Assembly (NCBI GenBank): GCA_964234715.1
Contig: OZ174280.1
Reading direction: 5' to 3' (one strand)
Source of the DNA: Podarcis melisellensis
Taxonomy: Eukaryota
DNA: 64,000 nucleotides
Part shown: positions 26,546 to 38,076 of the stretch, in pieces
How positions within the stretch are numbered: the stretch's first letter is position 1
Layout: each line of letters opens with the position of its first letter
The notes under the pieces: model-generated
Databases searched by the model: none
Told to the model about the DNA's origin: nothing
The model's input: only the letters and a program-made list of their open reading frames with translations
Program-made: the position numbers and the translations under genes

Positions 26546-26710
26546 ACTGGAGAAATATTTAGATCAGCTCCAGAGATGTGACAATAAAGTGAGGAAGAGA
26601 ATGGCAAGCATCAATAAGCATTGTGAGCACCTGGATCCTCTGTTTTCCCTAGAAGGAACACTGGTGTGGGAGAAAAGTACAGGCTTTATAAGCCTAAGCT
26701 TAGCCAAATA

Positions 26711-26960
26711 CAGTGGCACCTCAGAAGTTGAACGGAATCCGTTTCAGAAGTCTGTTCAACTTCCAAAACATTGGGAAAATAAGTTACAACTTCTGATTGG
26801 CTGCAGGAAGCTCCTGCAGCCATTCAGAAGCCATGGAAGCTGTGTCAGATGATCTAGTTCCAAAGAATGTTCGCAAACTAGAACATTCACTTCCGGGTTT
26901 GCAGCGTTTGGGAGCCAAAACGTTCGATTCGCGAGGCATTTGGGATCCAAGATACGACTG
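26711..26960. mobile_element. Tc1/mariner (Tigger-like) MITE
   Basis: TA-cagtggcacctc...caagatacgactg-TA. Confidence 0.75.
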
Positions 26961-28143
26961 TAGAGGCATTGGAATACAAACTAAAATGAAAACTAAAATA
27001 AAACCTAATTAAACATTAATCCCACCCCTGAACTGCCCTGGGGCTGTACATGGGACAGAGGCCCCTCAGGGTGGCACAGGGCAAGCCTGCCTGATCTAGG
27101 GTCCCAGATTGGGGCCATGGGGTGGATTGGGGTCTTTGCACAGGCCCAGTTTTTGTCTGGTTTTTTCCTGCTCTCACCCTTGCCTACACTCACCTTTTCC
27201 ACTTTCTCAGACTTTTGTGAGGGTGTTGCCCACATCATCACTGCTGTGTGCTACTACTGGTCCCAGTGTGGCTACCAGTTGATGGTCACCATCAACCCAA
27301 AGCCCGCTTGGCATGATGTTAATTTCCTCTTGTGGCTACTGAGAGGTGAGCTGCAGTTGCTTCCATCAACCACCACAAACCCAAGGCTGCATTGAAAAAT
27401 GAAAGCAGCCGAGTAGTTTCACATCACCTTTTGCCACAAAACCTTCTCATGCTTAGCCAGACATTTAGCTACTCATACCTAAGTTAATTTAGAGTGTGGT
27501 ATGGGGACTAAGGAATTGTGCCTAAAGATGGGCTTTGAGGAGAGATTTATAGGAAGGTAACGTAATGGCTCTACACTAGAAAGAGAAAAGAACTTGCACA
27601 TAATTCACTTCACTGCAAAACCATCCAGAAAGTTGCCACTCAAGCCTTCGAGGGGAGGGGGTTCTGTAATTTGGGTTCTGTAACTGAAAAGGCAATGTGT
27701 CATATCCCACCTAAACCTCTGATGGGAATGCAAAGTAGAGCAAGGGATCTGATAACAAATGTAGCGTGTGGATTTCTTCATCGGAAAGAGCTTGGTCCCC
27801 AAACAACTGTTTTTCATATTTCTGTTGCTGTTATTTTGTTATTATTATTTACCCACCCTTCATTCTAAGGTCCCAGGTTGGGTTATTTAAAACAGTTTAA
27901 AACAACTTACAATCACATAAATAAGGTAGGTCCTAAAAATATGCATCTCAAGTGTCAAAAACCAGTGTAATGCCCAACACTTTAAACTGGGCCTAAAAAC
28001 AAAATGGCAGCCAATGGAATTTGAATAACTCCAAATAAGTAAATGTTGAAAAGTGAATCTCAGGCAACATCCTGGCAGTTGCAGTTCATTTCACCAATCC
28101 TACTGTCATGGTATAAAGTGTTTGTTGGGATGGGAAATATATA

Positions 28144-28366
28144 CAGTTATACCTCGAGTTGCAAACGCTGTGGGTTTTCAGGTTGCGGACTGCACCAAAC
28201 CCGGAAGTACTGGAATGGGTTACTTCCAGGTTTCGGTGCTCACACATGCACAGAAGCACCAAATCACAGCACGTGCATGCACAGATGCGGCACTGCGGGT
28301 TGCGAACAGTGCAGATTGTGAATGTGCCTCCCGCGCAGATCACATTCGCAACCCAAGGTATGACTG
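28144..28366. mobile_element. Tc1/mariner (Tigger-like) MITE
   Basis: TIR cagttatacctcgagttgc / gcaacccaaggtatgactg. Confidence 0.75.
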
Positions 28367-28428
28367 CATATATTCTTTAAAAAAAATCCTTCCAGTAGCA
28401 CCTTAAAGACCAACTAAGTTAGTTCTTG

Positions 28429-28466
28429 GTATGAGCTTTCGTGTGCATGCACACTTCTTCAGATAC
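28429..28466 (-). ncRNA. Minimal type I hammerhead ribozyme motif (inverted arm copy)
   Basis: Exact reverse complement of 28485-28522. Confidence 0.75.
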
Positions 28467-28484
28467 ACACTTGCACATACTTGT

Positions 28485-28522
28485 GTATCTGAAGAAGTGT
28501 GCATGCACACGAAAGCTCATAC
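28485..28522 (+). ncRNA. Minimal type I hammerhead ribozyme motif (PLE-associated)
   Basis: gtat-CTGAAGA-a-gtgtg(catg)cacac-GAAA-gcTC-atac. Stem I is gtat/atac, core CUGANGA and GAAA are present, stem II is gtgtg/cacac, and stem III is the loopless palindrome AGCT. Predicted cleavage is after C28518. Confidence 0.8.
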
Positions 28523-30016
28523 CAAGAACTAACTTAGTTGGTCTTTAAGGTGCTACTGGAAGGAATTTTTTTTGTTTTGACTATGGCAGACCAACACGGC
28601 TACCTATCTGTAACTATATTCTTTAAGTAAAATACACTATAAACTGTAGAAGATTAAGGATCTCATCATGATGTCCACTTTTTGTTTTCTTTTCTTTTTA
28701 AAGCAACAACTTCCTGGCAGAATATGGAGAATATGAGCTTATTTCTGAGATTCCACTTGATTGCTACACTTTTCTCAAATGAAGTGGCACAGGCAGTAGT
28801 CTGGAAGCAGCAATAAATCTCAAAGCATTACTAGACAACTCCTAACATTACAGCTAGGAGGGTGATGCTAAGGGTGATGTATGGGGATGTCATCAACTCC
28901 TCCATCACACATGCACACGGCTTCTCCCCAACCCAACACATGCACTTTTATTGGCTTCAGCAACTTGACTGTTGAGCAAGTGCAAGCCATCAAGATAAGT
29001 GACAGCAGGCCAGAGGCAGCTTTGTCTCTCATTCACTGTTGATTGGTCAGTTGCTGATGTTTATGGGGTAATGGAAGAGGTGGAAGGGAGCTGAGCATAA
29101 TTAATTGGACAATTGAATAGGTTTTGCTCCTCTGATTTCAATTAACCTTTGACCTTTCCAGCAACAGAATCTGATGGCACCCATCACTGTCAGGTCGAAA
29201 AGATATAACTAGACATGCTTAAACTAGCTAGACTGAACAGAATCTGGAAGGGGAGAGAAGGAGGTGAAAGCAGAGCAGAGATTTCTCAGAAGAGTTTTTT
29301 TGTGAGAAAATTCCTCAGGAGTTTCTTTTCACCTTTCCTGGAAAAGAGGACTATTTCCAGAATATTATCTAAAAAAACTCTCTGACGTTTTGTTAAGTGG
29401 TGGCTGCCATTTTTGTGTGTGTGGCTGTTGCCATTTTGATTCTCTTACAATGTGCCACATGGGACATTGTGGGGAGCATAAAATGGTGGACAAACTGTCA
29501 ATATACAACACACACATATACATAGATCAGTGAGGCCTCGATGCATTTCTTTGAAAAATTCAGTTAAGTGCAGAGTAGGCCTAAGGCAAACCCCATTTAA
29601 ATTTGTGGCTGTGTTTACTAGATCAGGGGTAGGATTAATGTGCAAACTTTCCATGTGAACAAGCATTGCAGCTTGCCAGATGGAATCCACTGTGTACTGT
29701 TCTGTGGGTTCTCCCGACCCCTACAGAGTCATAGGGTGCAGCAGGGTGAAGCCCCATTGTACAGATGGAAGTTCTTGCACAGGGCTTCTGCTGGCAGGGT
29801 TTATTAGGTGAATCTTGAATGAGGAGACAAATTAACAGTCCCCACCCATTTGTTTGGAGACAGTGACTCCATTAATTCCAAGTCAGTGATTTTCACCAGT
29901 CATGGGTGACTGACCTCCTACTATTGCCATCACCATGACTTACCAGTAGAGAGAGGCAAGGTGGAGATGTACCAGGTTGAACAGACCCCCATCACTCCTT
30001 GAATGAAAGTACTTAC

Positions 30017-30094
30017 CGTCTTCAGTAGAGCTGAAGGTATATGAGAGCCCATGGGAAAATAATATGCCAAAGTGAGTGGGACAAAGACACAGCC
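30017..30094 (-). CDS. Candidate exon B (78 nt); in phase 2 it encodes the hydrophobic C-terminus AVSLSHSLWHIIFPWALIYLQLY*
   Basis: Acceptor tttattgctacag| and a consensus donor ACG|gtaagt. Joined to exon A in phase 2 it ends at TGA 30022-30024, 5 nt before the donor. The other two frames are open. Confidence 0.6.
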
Positions 30095-30757
30095 CTGTAG
30101 CAATAAATTTATTGTTACCTAAACTTGCTTAGCTAAACATCAATACCTGCTAGTAGATCTCTGGGCAAGTTTCAGCAATTTGGGAAGGGTTTCTGTCTCT
30201 CAGTTGTCTGACACTAGCAAGCAATGACTTGGTTGGCTCTGCCACTGACATCATCATTTTGCCTCTCCCACTCTCCATCCTGCTATGGTATGATGATCCA
30301 GCTGGAGAGAGGTCAGCAGCAATTCCACCATGAGGTCCACTATGAGTGGCCCTCCAAGCGGCTCTCTCTTGCCCTTGGGATTGTTCCCAGGACACCCTCC
30401 CTCCCCATCTATGCTCTCCTTCTTCATATTCCACCCTTCATGGGCCTTGCTTAACTTCCTCCTTGAATGTTTTTGATGGGTTGAAATTTGTCCTGGAACT
30501 CTGATAATGCCTTTTGCTTGCCTGGATGGAGGACAAAGATGGCTGTGCCGGTGTCAATATAACAACTAACCTAGGTAAAATTTGCATGTATTGTTCCATC
30601 CACATTCCCCTCTCACCCCACTCACCACTAACATGTGACCCCCAGAAGGTGGGTCAGAAAATAATGCAGCCCTCGGGGTTTTGTTTGTTTGTTTGTTTGT
30701 TTAAGGCCCTCCAACTATCCCCTAGTGGCTGCCTAGTCTGCCTGTATGGCTAGTGTA

Positions 30758-31112
30758 AAATAAAGGTAAAGGGACCCCTGACCATTAGGTCCAGTCGTGG
30801 CCGACTCTGGATTTGCGGCGCTCATCTCGCTTTATTGGCCGAGGGAGCCGGCGTACAGCTTCCGGGTCATGTGGCCAGCATGACTAAGCTGCTTCTGGCA
30901 AACCAGAGCAGCGCACGGAAATGCCGTTTACCTTCCCACTGGAGCAGTACCTATTTATCTACTTGCACTTTGACGTGCTTTTGAACTGCTAGGTTGGCAG
31001 GAGCAGGGACTGAATAACAGGAGCTCACCCCATTGCAGGGATTCGAACCGCCGACCTTCTGATCAGCAAGTCCTAGGCTCTGTGGTTTAACCCGCAGCGC
31101 CACCCACGTCCC
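30758..31112 (-). mobile_element. Full-length Sauria SINE
   Basis: Complete head and (ACCTTT) tail. 12-bp TSD atggctagtgta at 30746-30757 and 31113-31124. Confidence 0.93.
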
Positions 31113-31269
31113 ATGGCTAGTGTAGGCCTGATCTAATACCTAGAGGCATCACCTCAGGAAACTGTTTCATCTTTAGTAGCTTTTTTCTCCGCTCATTCCT
31201 TTTAAGCCGGGCATATCGTGCTCTGAAACATTCTCTTCCATCAAAGGTATGGTTTATGGCTAGTTAGTG

Positions 31270-31560
31270 GCAGGCTAACAGGATGGCAAGCCTCATTACT
31301 ATCACTTTGCAGATTGCCTTAGTAAGACGCCTCAGGAATGATTGATCTTAATCAAAAAAATTAATCACCTATCAACCTAAGCAATTAACATTAGCAAATC
31401 TATTTGCATATATCTGATAATTTATACCACTGCTGAAAGAAGGGTCCTCTTTGCAATAGTATTGATTAAGGGAGGACAGCCAGAAGCTTCTATCACTGCG
31501 ATATTAAATAGGGCAAGTAAAGTGTAAATGTATGAAGGGCACTCCTGTAGTCAAACTTTA
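31270..31560. promoter_or_regulatory. Candidate conserved non-coding enhancer
   Basis: Non-repetitive. Octamer ATTTGCAT at 31402-31409, TGATTGAT (Pbx/Hox-type) at 31339-31346, and many TAAT/ATTA cores. Confidence 0.3.
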
Positions 31561-33667
31561 TGCATCAGCCCTCCTCCGAAGATTCAGATATATTTTTGAT
31601 GCTCATGCCCATTGCCCAGTCATATTTGCCAGTGTCTCTTTTATTTCATTGTCCAAATATATTTGAGAATATATCTCGGTCTGGTTGGTGACTTATGTGA
31701 TCTCCTGTCACTTCCATAGCTGGGAGGGAGAGGTGCAACACAGTGGTGAGATTTTTGTTGTTGTTGTTCTTGTATGCAATTTTGTTTAGCGTATGCATTT
31801 TTGTTTGGACCTAGTCATTAATAAATTTGTCTTTGTATTACTGTTTTCATTATTATGTTTAACTGTTTCCATGTTTGCATTTTCCTACAGTGCTTAGCAA
31901 TTTTAAATTTTAAATTTTATATTAAATTAAGTAATATTAAACAAACAAGGAAACAGATAATTTTCATCTAATAAGAATGCATTTTTAAACATTATTTTCA
32001 CCAATATTTGGATTTTTGCTTGCACAGTTTTGTAGGTATTCTTTGGTTCTCAGAACTGCATCAGAAAATTCAGAGAACTGCGAATTTCGAAGGAGAGCTG
32101 GGGTTCAGTTCACATATTGGTTCCAGAAGTGCAAAATTGATATGTTTGCATTAAAATACCAAACCAGACAATCCCTCCCGATCCCTATATTAAAGAAACT
32201 CTCTACAAAGTGGCAAAGTCAATAAGACCTGCCAAATAGACTTGCTTTCTGTCACTCGTCTAACTGAGTTGGTTTCGGGAACAGTAGAATCCACAATCAG
32301 AAGCTCACAAATTCCAGCTATAATATCTTCAACAAACTAAAACGTCAAAATGCTGCCTTGCCATACACAATAGTTGTGAAGGCTGAGAGCTGTGAACTCC
32401 TGGCTTGCATGTTTCTCTGCTTCAAAAAGGAGACCTCCTATGAGTGAAGGAAGTGTTTGAAAAGCAACCAAAAGTAACATCTGTAGTGTAGATTTCCCAG
32501 TGGCAAAAAAAAAAGTACATTAAAAAATGTTATAAACAGATACAATTCCTGGCTCATTCTCTGTGCACAATAACTAAACCTGAAATGTTTGTTAAGCCTT
32601 TCCCAGGCCTCTGTGTATTTTTGTGTTTCAATTTGATGAACCTTCGCTGTTCCTTCTGTAAGTCAGGAGCTACAAAATGTGCAGATTAACTTACACAAGT
32701 AGAATAAAACTGTCAAAGTGCCTTATACCTCCTTGTGCATCAGTTTAGTGAAATACAATTATCTGAATTGTAAAAGAGATAGATCTTAAATTAATGTCAA
32801 GACCCCACCTATAAGTCTCCCATTCCTAAATGAATGCTTGAATTACAGAGGTCTTCTTTGTGTTTGAAACTGTAAATGGCCTTTGTTGCAATGAATGTCG
32901 ATTGAATAAATATGCAATGATGATCAAACACACACATACCACCATCACTGAACTAAGAACAGAATTAAAACTGCCTTTCCAAATCAGGTCATTGACCCGA
33001 GCACTTGCCTTCTTTATCTTATGAAAGAAGTAGTACCCAACAAACTGGAAACCCATGTTTATAACCAAATAAGCTCTTTTATTTGTACACGGACATTGCC
33101 CATGGGTTGTAGAGAGTTTTACTCTTACTCAGAGTAGACCAATTGGAATGGGGGGGAGACTAACAGTCTCATACACTTCAAAGGGGCTGCTCTGAGATAA
33201 ATTTAGTTGAGTACAACCCTGGATATTTAAAGGAAATAGACCTGTGACTCCTGTATTTAAAATACTTAAGGCCCAAGGTACATCCTGGTATTTCAGGACT
33301 TGGAGCAATACATCATATATAAAACACTACATTTACAAATATACGAACAAAAAATGTAAAATCCATCAGAAACAGCAGAACAATGAATATTACATCTGAA
33401 CATTAAAATCGCCATATGCTTGTGTAAACAACCTTGTTTTTAGCTCATGTGTGCATGATAATGAAGTTGGAGTCAGCTAGGGATGGGTGAAGTCAATTTC
33501 ACTTTCTCTCAGGTGCTCATTTTTCCAATTTTAAGTTCAGTTCCCATATTAGTTTTTGATTTCCACATTAGTTTTTGATTTTCTTTCTAAAATGTCCTCA
33601 TGGAAATTCATCAGGATCTTAGTGTGAATTTAGTAAGTTACCCCATAGCCATGCAAAAATCTGAGCT

Positions 33668-33968
33668 TTAGAGCGACAGACTCATAATCTGGGGAACCAG
33701 GTTCGCGTCCCCGCTCCTCCACATGCAGCTGCTGGGTGACCTTGGGCTAGTCACACTTCTCTGAAGTCTCTCAGCCTCACTCACCTCACAGAGTGTTTGT
33801 TGTGGGGGAGGAAGGGAAAGGAGAATGTTAGCCGCTTTGAGACTTCTGAAGGGGAGTGATAAAGCGGGATATCAAATCCAAACTCCTCCTCCTCCTCCTC
33901 CTCCTCTTCTTCTTCTTCTTCTTCTTCTTCTTCTTCTTCTTCTTCACACACACACACACACACACACA
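33668..33968 (+). mobile_element. Squam3-type CORE-SINE with compound (TCC)n(TTC)n(AC)n tail
   Basis: Matches the 59059 copy and has an expanded microsatellite tail. Confidence 0.85.
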
Positions 33969-35179
33969 GCTCCCTATCCACATTCCAGTCAGGCAAAATA
34001 CTCAAAGAAGGCCTGGAGAGTCACTTCTATCCCCTCTCACCTGAGGCTCCCCACTTCTGCCCTAAAATATCACCAAAATTGATGGCCTTTTTCATGTTGA
34101 AGTAGCAAAATGAAATGCCGTCCTACCTATTTTGATCCTGTCCTAGACATCTCCACTGAGTGTGTTCGGCCCAAATCCCAGAAAATTCACACTTCATGTA
34201 CAGATGGAAGCTAGAAGCTCTCATATAGTCACTGCAAAGATAACCGTTGCAAAGCATGATAAAAATTCAGTCTAAAAATGCTACATGCCTGTGAGTTTAT
34301 CAGATACTGGGGAGGGGGTAGAGAAAAGTGGTTTGTGGATATCTCTGTTTGCACTAACATGTGTTTTAGGCACATATATTTTGTACATATTGGCTGGTTG
34401 GAGAACTGCATTACAAAATTCAGAGAAGTGTGAATAGTGAAAGAAAGCAGTATTTTGCTTCACAACTTATACTACCAGTGGAGATATTATATTGGCCAGA
34501 TGACATCACACGGTCACATGACCATTTGGGGAAGAACTGTCCAATGGGAAGCTTGCTGCAAAGAGCCCCAAATCACTGCAAGTGAATGTAAGCTATAAAG
34601 TTAAATGCAACACACACACACATGGCCAGGTCTTCTGGAATTTAATATTCAGTATACACCCTTTTTGAAACAACTTTTGTTTTGCCCCAGCACACACACC
34701 CATTGTTTTATTTGGGGGCAGGTTGATACTGTGCAAAGCTTTAGCGCATCACTAGACCTTGAGCTTTAGAAAGAAGCTTATTCACTCCATGTAAGTCAGT
34801 TGCCTGGCTGCAAATAGATATCAGAGGACCAAATAGATATCAGAGGACCAGTGCAGAGAGGTTCCCAGGTGCCACTACCCTAAGTCATTTCCATTTCTCT
34901 TCCTCCACCTTCAGTGCCAAACTGCCAATCTTGAGAGAGTCAGATGAAAGTCTCATCTCATTGCCATATAGTAGGATACCAGCAACAGCGAGTAAGTATG
35001 AGCTTGTCGTTCCGTTGACTAAGTCTTTAATGATTTAAAAACAATAATATCAAGGATGCCCAAATAGGCTCCTGAAGCAAGCCTCGGGGGGGGGAGCCAT
35101 AACCTTCTACTTAAACATACCCCCTCCATGTTTAAATCAATAGGACAAAGCAGGGGTGGGGGGAGGCAAGGATGGCCAT

Positions 35180-35760
35180 AACTCACAAGCGAATTTGTTT
35201 AAAAGAACCAGGAAATGAAAATGAAAGGGGCTTTGTCGTGATTACGGGGTGTTAATAAGGAAAGACATAAGCCTGGAGCCTTGATGTACAACTAGACAAC
35301 AAGAGGTTAGGTTTGGAGTCAGGGCGATGCTAATTTGCAAACTGGGGTCCATTTCATTAAGTGAGCAGAGAGACGGGCTGTCTCAGTCCAACAGAGAAGG
35401 ATCTCATTATCCATGCAGGGAGCAAGAGATAAGAATCTTTTAATAATTGCTGGGAATTTTTCCCCTTCTTCTTCTTTTGGGTAGCATGATATGGAATGCC
35501 AATTTATGCCTCTCCAAGGCAGATAGAATGTGGCGGCCGCCGCAGTTAAAACCAATCCCCTCCGGCGGTGGCCATTAAGGGCAGCAGGAGACTGGAGAGA
35601 CTAATAGGTTTGCCCAAGAGACCAATGCCAGAGGACTCCATTATCAGCACATCATGTAGAAACCTGTTTGTTTACAAGTTGCCAGAAACTTTCGGTCGGA
35701 ATTTTGAGGGATAAAACTGTTAACGACGGGCCTTGGAAGAGGCATTTCAGGCTTGACTCA
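35180..35760. promoter_or_regulatory. Candidate conserved non-coding enhancer
   Basis: Non-repetitive with retained CpGs (GCGGCCGC at 35533), ATGCTAAT, two CCAAT, TGTTTAC (Fox-type) and TAAT cores. Confidence 0.3.
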
Positions 35761-36023
35761 TAGCCTTTTAAAATCAGTCATGGAGTCGTGGGGGGGGGTG
35801 GAGCAGGCTGGGCTTGAAGCCTTTGCCTTGATCACAATGAGTCTTGTATTTGGATGTCTGTTTCGGTAAGGGGCCCTGAAAGGCCATGGGTGTGCGGTGT
35901 GTGGGAAGCTTTGAAAGCTGATTGCAAATAGGCGGCAGAAGGACCAGAATGTGCAAGGTCCCCACCACCAACTCTAGGCATTGCCTTGTAGTCTAGGGAA
36001 ATACATAACCAGGATTGAGTTGT

Positions 36024-36295
36024 TAATAATAATAATAAAATTTATTTATACCCCACCCATCTGGCTGGGTCTCCCCAGCCACTCTGGGTGGCTCCCAGCA
36101 GAATATTAAAAACACAATAACACATCAAACATCAAACATTAAAAAACTTCCCTAAACAGGGCTGCCTTCAGATGTCTTCTAAAAGTCAAGTAGTTGTTGA
36201 TTTCCTTGACATCTGATGGGAGGGTGGGCGCCACTACTGAGAAGGCCCTCTGCCTGGTTCCCTGTAACCTTACTTCTCGCAGTGAGGGAACCAGT
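36024..36295 (-). mobile_element. L2-clade LINE 3' fragment
   Basis: Same 3' end and (AAT)n tail as the 57936 copy. Confidence 0.8.
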
Positions 36296-36626
36296 TTCAT
36301 CAGAAGGCAGCCCCATTTTCAAACAAGAGTTAAAAATATTTGCTTTTAGGGCTGAAGGCAATGCGTTCTGAGCAGCCTTTATTTGCCTTCAGTGAGATAA
36401 TCACATAGGCAGATTTGATTGGCTACGTAGCATCATAACGTTATTCTGCAGAATATATGATCCCCAAATGTGCCCATGTAGCCACTTCAATCTGTGTAAC
36501 TGGCACTTTTACAAATGCCACATAATGTTCCTTTTGCACTTGCTGGATATCAGTCTTTTAGTGTGGCAGCATCTGTTATTGCTATTTAATTTAATATTTT
36601 ATAATATTTTATGTCATCCGCTTAGA

Positions 36627-36657
<31 letters not shown>

Positions 36658-37027
36658 TCTATTTCTATTAATCTTCCTACATAAATAAATACATTGTTTA
36701 TTAATTCTTATTTACTTTGGTGTTTCACAGCACTTTACAGGGAATCCAGAACTAGTTGCACAAACTGTCAATGAATCTACCATCTCAGAATCTATTATGT
36801 GCAGTTCATTTCCCCCCGCTATTTATTTTATTTTATTTTATTTTGGAAGTGCAACACTGGAGTGAAAGTGGAGACAGAGGTAAAATAAAGGGGAAGCTCC
36901 TTTTTGCCTCTCATCAATGCTGAGGCTACCACTGTTTCTTTCCTATTTACCTATACAAAATGTCATGAACTCTGGTGGCACAGTGTAGAAAATGAGCCAC
37001 AAATGTTGCCATGACCATGCATGGAGG

Positions 37028-37181
37028 AAACATGGAGAGGTCTTGTATATGGAGTACAAACATGGAGAGGTCTTGTATATGGAGTACAAACATGGAGAGG
37101 TCTTGTATATGGAGTACAAACATGGAGAGGTCTTGTATATGGAGTACAAACATGGAGAGGTCTTGTATATGGAGTACAAAC
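37028..37181. repeat. Perfect 30-bp minisatellite, 5 copies
   Basis: (aaacatggagaggtcttgtatatggagtac)x5 plus aaac, with no mismatches. Confidence 0.98.
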
Positions 37182-38028
37182 TTTGCAGCCAGCTCCCCAG
37201 GTGGCTGGGGTTACCGTTTAGTTAGGTGAATATGTCTGTTTCAGTTTCTCTTAGTTTCTCAGTACAGTCATAAGTTCAGTTCTTCACATTTCAGTTCTCC
37301 CCATTTTCTCATCAGATTGCATTTTTTAAAATGTTATGAGAATTCATCAGAATGGTAGTGTGAATTTCTTCCATGTCTGTACACAATTTTTCCTAACAGA
37401 CACATTTTTGTACATGCTACCTGGCTGCACAACTGTGTTGTCAAACTTGGGGCTGGGCAGATTTTGAAGGGTGGCTTTCTTTTTGTTTGCATATTGCTTC
37501 AGAACGTGCAGATCAGGTAAATTCACCTGGTAAATGCAGATTGAATGAAAATTCCCCCCTATGCCTAGGTTCCCATGATGTTGTGCAGTATGCTTAGAAG
37601 GAAAAAGCTCTCAGCAGACATTACTTAAGAATATTGCATTGGCAGTTTTCTGTCCCATGTACGTATAAGCACATAAAGTATCTGCATTCAGATCCAGGTT
37701 GAGATCTCAGAACCACACTGATCTAAACAGTCAGCCTGCAAAAAGTATCTGCTATAAAGCACCCATTATGGAACATAAACAGTCCTGCTGTTAAGAGTCA
37801 CTTTGAAAAGAACTCAAAGTCATATTACTTTACAGTCTCTTACACACACACATAGGAACATATGCAGAAGCCAGCTGCTGAGTTCTGTACCTGTAGCCTC
37901 AAACTGTTCCTATGCAGCAGCTGTTCCGTCCTTACTGGGGATAGCAGATGCCTGCCCTGAAGAGAAAGCAGACTGACACTAAAGCATTTCACCCTTGGAG
38001 CATCCGTCAAATCTTTGCATAGTCTCAC

Positions 38029-38076
38029 TTGCCAAATGGAAGTGGCTGAGCGCAAGCGACTGGTTTTGTGTTGATC
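38029..38076 (-). CDS. Candidate internal exon A (48 nt) of an unidentified large-intron gene
   Basis: Minus strand has a strong acceptor ttctgtttctttttaattctgcag| and a donor GCAA|gtgaga. Length is a multiple of 3 and all three frames are open. Phase 2 reads INTKPVACAQPLPFG(K). Lies in non-repetitive sequence. Confidence 0.55.

Larger units (their letters stand above)
28381..28614 (+). mobile_element. Penelope-like element (PLE) terminal fragment with inverted duplication
   Basis: Sequence ...gtctttaaggtgctactggaagg...gaccaacacggctacc resembles reptile Penelope termini. Perfect 83-bp inverted arms at 28387-28469 and 28482-28564. 12-bp TSD tatattctttaa at 28369-28380 and 28615-28626. Confidence 0.85.

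Noticed and set aside
33781-34082. ORFs with poly-E, poly-L or poly-F tracts
   Set aside because: They are translations of the SINE microsatellite tail.
37028-37181. CRISPR-like array of 30-bp repeats
   Set aside because: Units are directly adjacent with no unique spacers, there are no cas genes, and the DNA is vertebrate. It is a minisatellite.
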